Below, piece after piece: positions 1-6,473 of a stretch of DNA of 64,000 bases (its first letter is position 1; every line of letters starts with the position of its first letter). The DNA comes from a virus, in the IMG/VR virus record IMGVR_UViG_3300027969_000045, one strand, 5' to 3'. The position numbers and the translations under genes were made by a program. The notes beneath the pieces were generated by a model that was not told the DNA's origin, did not search any database, and saw nothing but the letters and a program-made list of their open reading frames with translations.

Positions 1-314
1 AAAAGGAAGCAGATGAATTATTGATTGCTCAATGCGAGAGTCAGTTCTTACCAGCACTTTCTAAAATCCCATATTGGAGAGAAATGAATGACAATCAACG
101 CGGAGCACTACTATCCTTTGCTTACAATCTCGGTGCTGGATTTTACGGTGGAAGTGGGTTTAATAGCATCACTCTCAACCTTCGTGAGAAAAATTGGACG
201 GCAATCCCAAAAACATTAGAACTCTATAGAAATCCTGGAAGTAATGTTGAGACGGGATTGCTCCGTAGAAGGATTGCTGAAGGGAAATTATGGAAAAAAA
301 TAATCATTCCTTAG
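1..314 (+). CDS. Phage lysozyme (GH24-like endolysin), 3' part; begins upstream of the window
   Basis: Frame is open from the window edge; ALLSFAYNLG and GLLRRRIAEG are typical C-terminal motifs of phage lysozymes. Confidence 0.85.
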   Translation, partial: KEADELLIAQCESQFLPALSKIPYWREMNDNQRGALLSFAYNLGAGFYGGSGFNSITLNLREKNWTAIPKTLELYRNPGSNVETGLLRRRIAEGKLWKKIIIP

Positions 315-414
315 TCTCCAGATATGCCATTCGTAGTATGTAGTAAATACACCACATAGTAAAAATTAAACCTGCTCCAAGAATTATACATACTCCCCAG
401 GGAAACTCATTCAT
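304..414 (-). CDS. Small membrane protein, 36 aa (MNEFPWGVCIILGAGLIFTMWCIYYILRMAYLETKE)
   Basis: Manually translated; one hydrophobic helix; last gene of a minus-strand mini-operon. Confidence 0.55.
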   Translation of the reverse strand: MNEFPWGVCIILGAGLIFTMWCIYYILRMAYLETKE

Positions 415-415
415 T

Positions 416-607
416 TCATCTTCCTTCTTCTTTGTGTATCCAAACTTTTAAATTTTTAACGTATTTTCTTAATATCTGTGCTTGCTCTTCGTGCCAGTAA
501 TCTCCTGTTTCTAGGTGAATACGTGTATGATTATCTATTGCTTGTAGCATTTGGTGAATGGGTTTGTTCCATTTTTCTCTATGTGGAGTATCAAACTCTC
601 TTGCCAT
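416..607 (-). CDS. Conserved-type cyanophage hypothetical protein
   Basis: 63-aa ORF with GAGG ribosome-binding site upstream; tightly packed with neighbours. Confidence 0.65.
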   Translation of the reverse strand: MAREFDTPHREKWNKPIHQMLQAIDNHTRIHLETGDYWHEEQAQILRKYVKNLKVWIHKEEGR

Positions 608-613
608 AATACC

Positions 614-727
614 TCATTTCTTTTTGCCTCCATTTTTAGCTTTTTTAATAGTTGCATTACCTTGATTTTGTTTGGATTGCTTTCCACCAGCAGAACCTTT
701 TTTACCTTTATTTGCAGACTTACTCAT
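614..727 (-). CDS. Small Lys/Gly-rich basic protein, 37 aa (MSKSANKGKKGSAGGKQSKQNQGNATIKKAKNGGKKK)
   Basis: Manually translated; follows a T4 late promoter on the minus strand. Confidence 0.55.
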   Translation of the reverse strand: MSKSANKGKKGSAGGKQSKQNQGNATIKKAKNGGKKK

Positions 728-748
728 GAGGGCATTTCTATTTGTAAA

Positions 749-756
749 TATTTATA
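749..756 (-). promoter_or_regulatory. T4-type late promoter TATAAATA
   Basis: Exact consensus on the minus strand, about 20 nt upstream of the ATG at 727. Confidence 0.7.
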
Positions 757-781
757 CTTTTTATGGAAGAATTCCAAAAGA

Positions 782-810
782 TTGACAAATCCTAAATATT
801 CTGATATTAT
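782..810 (+). promoter_or_regulatory. Sigma70-type early promoter
   Basis: TTGACA-17 nt-TATTAT. Confidence 0.75.
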
Positions 811-816
811 GTTGAA

Positions 817-929
817 ACCCAAACACATTGGGTCATATCATGAGATTTTGATGTGAAACTTAGAGCCGTGGGCAATGCCTCCCGAGAGGGTTGGAACTTC
901 TCCTTTGCCTATACGGATGTCGAATTCTA
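817..929 (+). ncRNA. Putative structured cis-regulatory leader RNA upstream of the RlpA-like gene (family not identified)
   Basis: Two hairpins, then a multibranch fold: CCGT-GGGCAA pairs with TTGCCT-AT-ACGG and encloses CCC-GAGA-GGG and GGA-ACTTC-TCC; GC-rich island in AT-rich DNA. Confidence 0.55.
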
Positions 930-937
930 TTAAACTA

Positions 938-1309
938 ATGCTTTTCAAAAAAACAATTCAAACCCTTTCGGTCGTTGCTCTGAGTCTTGGTGCTCTTGCC
1001 CCAATTCCCTCTCAAGCGGCGACCTGTTCTTATGCTTCACATTATGGGATTGGTGACGGTTACGATGGTCAAAGAACTGCTAATGGCGAACGGTTCAATG
1101 CTTATGGTAACTCAGCCGCACATCGTGATCTTCCATTTGGCACTAGATTGAGAGTAACTAATGAATCAAATGGAAAATCTGTTGTTATACGAATCAATGA
1201 TCGTGGTCCATATGTAAGTGGTAGGAGTCTTGATCTTTCTTATGGTGCTTTCTCAACGATTGCATCACCAAGTAGGGGAGAGATTAGGGTTTGTTATTCT
1301 AGATTGTAA
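938..1309 (+). CDS. rlpA: RlpA-like (double-psi beta-barrel) lytic transglycosylase with signal peptide
   Basis: ASHYG, TANGERF, AAHRDLPFGT, RINDRGPY and LDLS motifs; start moved to ATG 938, just after the leader RNA. Confidence 0.9.
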   Translation: MLFKKTIQTLSVVALSLGALAPIPSQAATCSYASHYGIGDGYDGQRTANGERFNAYGNSAAHRDLPFGTRLRVTNESNGKSVVIRINDRGPYVSGRSLDLSYGAFSTIASPSRGEIRVCYSRL

Positions 1310-1343
1310 TTGATAAATAGGGGAGAGTTCATTCTCTCCCTTT

Positions 1344-1772
1344 ATGTTTAATTTTAATTTTGGAAATAAAAAACCAGATATTAAACAATATGCAATCATA
1401 GGAATTATCTTAAGTTCTGTGATTGCAACTCTTACACAATGTACTGGAATTCAAGAAACATCCTTATGGGATGTATTTGATGAGGTGCAACGTAAGTTTT
1501 TCCCTCAAACAATCTTGAATGATTTCATCATCAAAGATCCCGAAAAATTGGATCGTAGGGTGAAGAGAGATGTTGATTTGGCAATTGCTGAGTATGAAAG
1601 ATTGACAGGAGATGATGGAAAGATTAGGATGCCTAAACCACGATATTCAGAGAAACCACCAGACGGGTCTTATGTCCAATCAGTTTTGGGTGGTGAAATG
1701 AGATTGTGTGCTCCTTGGGTAAACGATTGCCCCTTTACAGACCAGAATAATGCGGATGTAACTCAGCGGTAG
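1344..1772 (+). CDS. Hypothetical membrane-anchored protein (possibly spanin- or holin-associated)
   Basis: N-terminal hydrophobic segment; ATAAATA late promoter upstream; 3' end overlaps tRNA-Gly. Confidence 0.6.
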   Translation: MFNFNFGNKKPDIKQYAIIGIILSSVIATLTQCTGIQETSLWDVFDEVQRKFFPQTILNDFIIKDPEKLDRRVKRDVDLAIAEYERLTGDDGKIRMPKPRYSEKPPDGSYVQSVLGGEMRLCAPWVNDCPFTDQNNADVTQR

Positions 1773-1823
1773 AGTTCCTGCTTGCCAAGTAGATTGTCGT
1801 CGGTTCGAATCCGATCATCCGCT
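1752..1823 (+). tRNA. tRNA-Gly (GCC)
   Basis: Acceptor stem GCGGATG/CATCCGC, D-arm ACTC/GAGT, loop TT-GCC-AA, T-arm GTCGG-TTCGAAT-CCGAT, U73 discriminator. Confidence 0.9.
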
Positions 1824-1841
1824 TTCCCAGAAACACTGGGA

Positions 1842-1849
1842 TATAAATA
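1842..1849 (+). promoter_or_regulatory. T4-type late promoter TATAAATA
   Basis: Exact consensus 30 nt upstream of the SLH-OMP gene. Confidence 0.75.
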
Positions 1850-1879
1850 AACTTCGTAGTTATAAAACTTAACAAATTT

Positions 1880-2767
1880 ATGAAATTTAAATCAATTTTT
1901 GCTGGTGCCGTTATTGCCTCTGGAATGGTTGCACCTGCTCTTGCGACTCCAAACGGGCAGTTCTCTGATGTTTCTCCAACAAATTGGGCATATCAGGCAA
2001 TTACCAATCTAAATGCTCGTTATGGTTGCCTTGCTGGTTATCCAAATGGTACTCTAAAACCATCCCAGTCTGCTACTCGTGCTGAACTAGTTGCTCTGAC
2101 AAATGCTTGTCTGGATCGTATTTCTGAGTTTTCTAGTGCTGAAGATGCCCGCACTGCTTCTGCTCTTCGTGCTCAATTCTCCAAAGAACTTGCAGTTACT
2201 AATGCTCGTCTGAGTGTATTGGAAGTTGCTTCTGCTCGTAAGGCACAAGGAGTTGGTCAATATGTTGGTGTTGGCGTTCTTCTAAATCAACAAGGTGTAA
2301 GTGGTAATGGTTATGGTGCTAATCGTACCGTTTCTGGTGCTACCGTTCAGGCACGTTTCCCTGTTGCTACTGCTTGGGGTAATGAAGTCTCCGTTCGTCC
2401 TTATGCTAACTTTGTTGGCAGTCCTTCCGGTCAGATTGGATCTGCTGGTGGTGCTCTTGCCACTTATGATTATTCCATTTCAAGCAAAACTCTTGCTGAT
2501 GGAACTAAAGTAAGTCGTGCAAATGTTTATGGTGGTGTTGGTTATCAAGTTCCTTTCGTAAATAACACTACTTCAAACTATCAGTCTGCTGTTGGTTCAC
2601 AAGGTCAAGTTGTTCTTGCTCTTGGTGTTGAAGGTCGTATTACCAATTCTTTGGTTGGTTTTGCCGATGTTAAGTTCCCTACCACCAATGCTGCAAATAG
2701 TTATGGAGTTACTGGAGGTTCTTATAGTCCAGTGTTCACAACTGGTCTTGGTATCAAATTTAACTGA
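1880..2767 (+). CDS. SLH-domain outer-membrane beta-barrel protein (cyanobacterial porin-like N-terminus)
   Basis: Signal peptide; FSDVSPTNWAYQA..RYGCLAGYPNGT..TRAE SLH motif; coiled coil; amphipathic beta strands ending in GIKFN. Confidence 0.85.
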   Translation: MKFKSIFAGAVIASGMVAPALATPNGQFSDVSPTNWAYQAITNLNARYGCLAGYPNGTLKPSQSATRAELVALTNACLDRISEFSSAEDARTASALRAQFSKELAVTNARLSVLEVASARKAQGVGQYVGVGVLLNQQGVSGNGYGANRTVSGATVQARFPVATAWGNEVSVRPYANFVGSPSGQIGSAGGALATYDYSISSKTLADGTKVSRANVYGGVGYQVPFVNNTTSNYQSAVGSQGQVVLALGVEGRITNSLVGFADVKFPTTNAANSYGVTGGSYSPVFTTGLGIKFN

Positions 2768-2790
2768 TAGACTACTCATAAGTTGAGTTG

Positions 2791-2820
2791 GACTACCTCT
2801 TTATGGGGTAGTCTTTTTTT
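2791..2820 (+). terminator. Rho-independent terminator, followed directly by a TATAAATA late promoter (2821-2828)
   Basis: GACTACCTC-TTTAT-GGGGTAGTC plus T-run. Confidence 0.85.
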
Positions 2821-2844
2821 TATAAATAATAAAAAAAGTCTATA

Positions 2845-3279
2845 ATGGAAACTTTATTTAAATCTTTGAGTGATGCTCAAGCATCACTTTTTGTTTTATT
2901 TCAAAAGACGTGGATTTACCATTGGAATGTTGTTGGACCAGACTTTCAACAACTTCATACACTCTTTGGTGGGCAGTATGAGACTATGTTTGAAGAGATT
3001 GATACCCTCACCGAACATATGAGGTATTTGGGAATGAAACCAGTCAGCACTCTCACAAGAGCAGTTGAAGTATCTCAAATTTCAGAAGCAGATAGTTCAA
3101 TTGGTGCTATGGAAATGGTTTCCCAACTACGTGATGATAATAAGAAACTCATTGAAATGCTTACTGTAATATCAGAAGAAGCAGATGACCAAAAGCAATA
3201 CGCAACATCAAATTTAGTTCAAAGTTTATGTGAAACTCACGGTAAATTTGTTTGGCAATTAAGAAGTATTTTAGAATAA
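2845..3279 (+). CDS. dps: Dps-family ferritin-like DNA-protection protein
   Basis: HWNVVGPDFQQLHTLF, ID-x-L-x-E ferroxidase region and C-terminal H-x-K-x-x-W-x-L. Confidence 0.9.
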   Translation: METLFKSLSDAQASLFVLFQKTWIYHWNVVGPDFQQLHTLFGGQYETMFEEIDTLTEHMRYLGMKPVSTLTRAVEVSQISEADSSIGAMEMVSQLRDDNKKLIEMLTVISEEADDQKQYATSNLVQSLCETHGKFVWQLRSILE

Positions 3280-3310
3280 AGACTTGAATTTTTTGAATAG
3301 GTATGGTAAG

Positions 3311-3565
3311 ATGTTAAAGGTTAGATGTAAAAATTGTAATGCTGTGTTGGAGTCTCATCCGACACAGACCAGATGTTGTGGTTGTGATAATTTCACAACT
3401 TTAAGAGGAGAAAATATCTCTGGATTAGATTTAACACGAATAGAATTAATTTCAAATTTTCGTGGTGAATCTAATTCAACAACACTTCTTACACAAGAAG
3501 ATATTGCTTATCACGAAGCAAGACGAAACCGCAAAATTAGAAAAATGGAGTTTGAAATTAGATGA
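3311..3565 (+). CDS. Cys-rich (putative Zn-binding) cyanophage hypothetical protein
   Basis: CKNC...CCGC motif; ATG 3311 preferred to TTG 3284. Confidence 0.65.
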   Translation: MLKVRCKNCNAVLESHPTQTRCCGCDNFTTLRGENISGLDLTRIELISNFRGESNSTTLLTQEDIAYHEARRNRKIRKMEFEIR

Positions 3566-3720
3566 GTTGGGAATCCCCAAAACTTTCAAAAAGAGATATT
3601 GAACTACTTACAGTCACTCTTGATGATTATATTTTTTATGCCAAAAACGATGGTGGCCCTGATACGGGAGAAGTTGAAAGATTTCTTCATAGATTAGAAG
3701 ATCATTTAAATAAGTTTTGA
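3562..3720 (+). CDS. Hypothetical protein, 52 aa
   Basis: Manually translated (MSWESPKLSKRDIELL...); ATGA overlap with the previous gene. Confidence 0.55.
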   Translation: MSWESPKLSKRDIELLTVTLDDYIFYAKNDGGPDTGEVERFLHRLEDHLNKF

Positions 3721-3781
3721 TTTCAACATAGTTATAGATTTTAACATTTATAACTATTAGTATCCTCTTGATACAAAATAA

Positions 3782-3931
3782 ATGGATCAACACACCTATG
3801 ATAATTGGATTAAGATCAAAGAAACTTTTGAAAAATCCGGCAATACCAATAATATGTTTTATAGACGTGCTTGTGAAATTATAAAATCAAAAAAAGACCC
3901 ATTAGCAAAATATCTTGGTGATGAAAAATGA
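3782..3931 (+). CDS. Small cyanophage/cyanobacterial-type hypothetical protein, 49 aa
   Basis: Manually translated (MDQHTYDNWIKIKETFEKSGNTNNMFYRRAC...). Confidence 0.6.
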   Translation: MDQHTYDNWIKIKETFEKSGNTNNMFYRRACEIIKSKKDPLAKYLGDEK

Positions 3932-4071
3932 ATTATGATGATATTGAAAAATTGATTGATAAAAAAATTCAACAGCACGAATTTAGAATTGGTATTATTA
4001 GTGGAATTTTGGGATCCCTATTTGTATTTGGAATTATTCACGCAATTTGGTTAATCAAAGAAAGCATATAA
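3928..4071 (+). CDS. Small membrane protein, 47 aa
   Basis: Manually translated; C-terminal transmembrane helix; ATGA overlap. Confidence 0.5.
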   Translation: MNYDDIEKLIDKKIQQHEFRIGIISGILGSLFVFGIIHAIWLIKESI

Positions 4072-4077
4072 ATTCTC

Positions 4078-4106
4078 TTGACAGATCAACAGATTTTTGG
4101 TATGAT
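4078..4106 (+). promoter_or_regulatory. Sigma70-type early promoter
   Basis: TTGACA-17 nt-TATGAT with extended -10 TG. Confidence 0.8.
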
Positions 4107-4131
4107 TAATTCACACAACTTAAATATGATT

Positions 4132-4314
4132 ATGGAAACTTTTACAATTGAAGAATTTCAAGAAGATTTTGATAATCTTTTAGGAAGAGTTGAGACTGGT
4201 GAATCTTTTGTAATTACTAGTGAATATGGAAATGCTGTTCTTATTCCATATGCTGAATACAAAGAAGTAAATGAATTTGTAAAATGTTTATGTGATCACG
4301 ACGACGGTTGTTGA
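4132..4314 (+). CDS. Phd/YefM-like antitoxin-domain protein (no adjacent toxin)
   Basis: METFTIEEFQEDFDNLLGRVETGESFVITSEYGNAVLIP follows the Phd/YefM pattern. Confidence 0.65.
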   Translation: METFTIEEFQEDFDNLLGRVETGESFVITSEYGNAVLIPYAEYKEVNEFVKCLCDHDDGC

Positions 4315-4330
4315 TTCTTTCTGATGATAC

Positions 4331-4402
4331 GGTTCTGTCGCCTATTGGTTAAGGCCGACACCTTATAAGTGTCTGAACGGAGTTCAATTCTCTGCAGAAC
4401 CA
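4331..4402 (+). tRNA. tRNA-Ile (UAU anticodon)
   Basis: GGTTCTG/CAGAACC acceptor stem; GACAC-CT-TAT-AA-GTGTC anticodon arm; CGGAG-TTCAATT-CTCTG T-arm. Confidence 0.9.
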
Positions 4403-4434
4403 CTATTAATAATATTAAAATTATCTTATTTTTT

Positions 4435-4905
4435 ATGGGGAAAAAACCTACGTGGAACGACAACGAATTGATTGATGCAGTATCTAAATGTAAAAGTTTT
4501 AGTCAAGTTGCATTTTATTTAAATATGTCCAAATCTACCAATTCATTGTTAAAAAAAAGAGCAAATGAATTGGGATTAGATTATACGCATTTTAAAATTT
4601 CAGGATATGATGCAAAACCTATTGCTGAAATATTAATTTATGCAAATGAAGACATAAAGGGAACTCATAAGTTAAAAATAAGATTAATTAAAGAAAAATA
4701 TTTTGATCATAAATGTTATAATTGTGGTATAACAGAATGGAATGGTAAACCAACTCCTATAGAACTGGAACATATTAACGGAGACAGGTGTAATAATAGA
4801 TTGGAAAATCTAACCATATTATGTCCAAATTGCCACGCACAAACCCCAACTTATAGGGGAAAAAATATTAAGTTAAAAAGAATAGCAACATATTTACCAG
4901 ATTAA
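4435..4905 (+). CDS. HNH endonuclease, putative free-standing homing endonuclease in the tRNA locus
   Basis: CYNC...ELEHINGDRCNNRLENLTILCPNCHAQT; start at ATG 4435 because the longer ORF overlaps the tRNA. Confidence 0.9.
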   Translation: MGKKPTWNDNELIDAVSKCKSFSQVAFYLNMSKSTNSLLKKRANELGLDYTHFKISGYDAKPIAEILIYANEDIKGTHKLKIRLIKEKYFDHKCYNCGITEWNGKPTPIELEHINGDRCNNRLENLTILCPNCHAQTPTYRGKNIKLKRIATYLPD

Positions 4906-4939
4906 GGCCTTTGGCAGGGTTCGATACCCTGGGCGACTA
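4903..4939 (+). pseudogene. Orphan tRNA 3' half
   Basis: TAA-GGCCT-TTGG-CAGGG-TTCGATA-CCCTG-GGCGACT-A: end of anticodon loop, T-arm and 3' acceptor strand, with no matching 5' half nearby. Confidence 0.65.
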
Positions 4940-4953
4940 TTACTAAATATAAC

Positions 4954-4978
4954 GAGAGAGTTTATTACTCTCTTTTTT
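4954..4978 (+). terminator. Probable rho-independent terminator
   Basis: GAGAGAGT...ACTCTCTT plus T-run. Confidence 0.6.
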
Positions 4979-5001
4979 AATATAATATTGTAAAATTTTT
5001 T

Positions 5002-5502
5002 ATGAAAATTGGTTTTAATTGTAGTTCATTTGATTTGTTTCACGCTGGGCACGTTACTATGCTTAAAATGGAAAAAGAATTATGCGATTACTTAAAAGTT
5101 GCACTTCAAGTTGATCCGACCGTAGATCGTCCTGGCATTAAAAATAAACCAGTACAATCTGCTTACGAACGTTATGTTCAACTTCAAGGATGCAAGTATG
5201 TTGATGAAATCCTTGTTTATGAAACAGAAGAAGATCTTCTTAATTTAATTCAATCCCAAACAATTCATATAAGATTTTTGAGTGAAGAATATAAAGATAG
5301 AGATTTTACTGGTAAGCAATATTGTATTGATAATGGTATAGAATTATTCTTTCATTTAAGAAGGCACAAATATTCTTCAACTGAAATTAGAACTAGAGTT
5401 CATCATCTTGAAGAACAAAAAAGAATAAAAAAATTAGAAGAAAATGTAATAGAACAATATTCCCCAGAAATTTTAGAAAAATATTCTTTTAAAGATAATT
5501 AA
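5002..5502 (+). CDS. Cytidylyltransferase (TagD/glycerol-3-phosphate cytidylyltransferase-like)
   Basis: FDLFHAGH (HxGH), KYVDE and SSTEIR motifs. Confidence 0.85.
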   Translation: MKIGFNCSSFDLFHAGHVTMLKMEKELCDYLKVALQVDPTVDRPGIKNKPVQSAYERYVQLQGCKYVDEILVYETEEDLLNLIQSQTIHIRFLSEEYKDRDFTGKQYCIDNGIELFFHLRRHKYSSTEIRTRVHHLEEQKRIKKLEENVIEQYSPEILEKYSFKDN

Positions 5503-5504
5503 CT

Positions 5505-6425
5505 ATGACAATTTTAGTGACTGGTGGGTGTGGATTTATTGGCAGTAATTTTATTCACCATTTAAAAAAGAGAACAAGTGAAAAAATCATTTGTATTGAT
5601 AAAATGACTTATGCTGCTGATTATGGAAATATTTCAAATTTAGATATTGAATTATATCCACTTGATATTAATAATTCGGATTATGTATTTAAAGAAAATA
5701 AAATTAAAACCGTCTATCATTTTGCTGCGGAAAGTCACGTAGATAATTCAATTAAAAGTTGCTCCGAATTTATCAATACTAATATTAATGGAACAGTCAA
5801 TCTTTTGAATCTTTCTATGAAATATAATGTTGAGAAGTTTATTCATATTTCTACGGATGAAGTTTATGGTTCAATTGAACACGGTAAATTTACGGAGACA
5901 ACAACATATAATCCAAGAAATCCATATTCAGCATCAAAAGCTGCAAGTGATCATTTTGTGATGGCTTACCATAATACTTACGGTCTTCCTGCTATCATTA
6001 CAAATTGTTCAAATAACTATGGACCAAGACAGCACGAAGAAAAATTAATTCCAAAGACAATTAAAAATTTAATGATGGGGAATAAAGTTCCTATCTATGG
6101 TGATGGGCAACAAATTCGTGATTGGTTATATGTTCAAGACCATTGTGAGGCAATTTTAGTTGTGGCAGAAAAAGGAAAGTTTGGTGAAAAATATAATATT
6201 GGTGGAGAATGTGAAGTCAAAAATCTTGATTTGATAAAAAATATTCTTAATATTATGAAAAAAGACGAAGATATGATAGAATATGTGAAGGACCGTCCAG
6301 GGCACGACCGTAGATATTCAACTGATATTACTAAAATACAAACTGAACTTGGTTGGTCTCCTAGATTTAATTTAGAACAAGGATTGGAAAAAACCATTGA
6401 ATGGTATAAAAGTCATTTACAATAA
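5505..6425 (+). CDS. rfbB: dTDP-glucose 4,6-dehydratase
   Basis: GGCGFIG, AAESHVD, STDEVYG, YSASK, NCSNNYGP, RDWLYV and DRPGHDRRY motifs. Confidence 0.93.
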   Translation: MTILVTGGCGFIGSNFIHHLKKRTSEKIICIDKMTYAADYGNISNLDIELYPLDINNSDYVFKENKIKTVYHFAAESHVDNSIKSCSEFINTNINGTVNLLNLSMKYNVEKFIHISTDEVYGSIEHGKFTETTTYNPRNPYSASKAASDHFVMAYHNTYGLPAIITNCSNNYGPRQHEEKLIPKTIKNLMMGNKVPIYGDGQQIRDWLYVQDHCEAILVVAEKGKFGEKYNIGGECEVKNLDLIKNILNIMKKDEDMIEYVKDRPGHDRRYSTDITKIQTELGWSPRFNLEQGLEKTIEWYKSHLQ

Positions 6426-6473
6426 AGGCATTTTAAACTAAAATACATAGTACATACACTAATAAGTTAATTT

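Noticed and set aside
551-856. 101-aa plus-strand ORF
   Set aside because: Antisense shadow of the minus-strand mini-operon; it also runs across promoters
875-937. N-terminal extension of the RlpA-like ORF
   Set aside because: Lies within the structured leader; the signal peptide begins at ATG 938
4369-4434. N-terminal extension of the HNH ORF
   Set aside because: Overlaps tRNA-Ile; ATG 4435 is more plausible
4331-4939. Group I intron splitting a tRNA around the HNH gene
   Set aside because: The upstream tRNA is already complete, the orphan 3' half does not pair with its acceptor strand, and there is no room for intron core elements
4940-6473. wcaG RNA motif upstream of the epimerase genes
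   Set aside because: The intergenic gaps are short and AT-rich with no convincing structure; a covariance search would be needed
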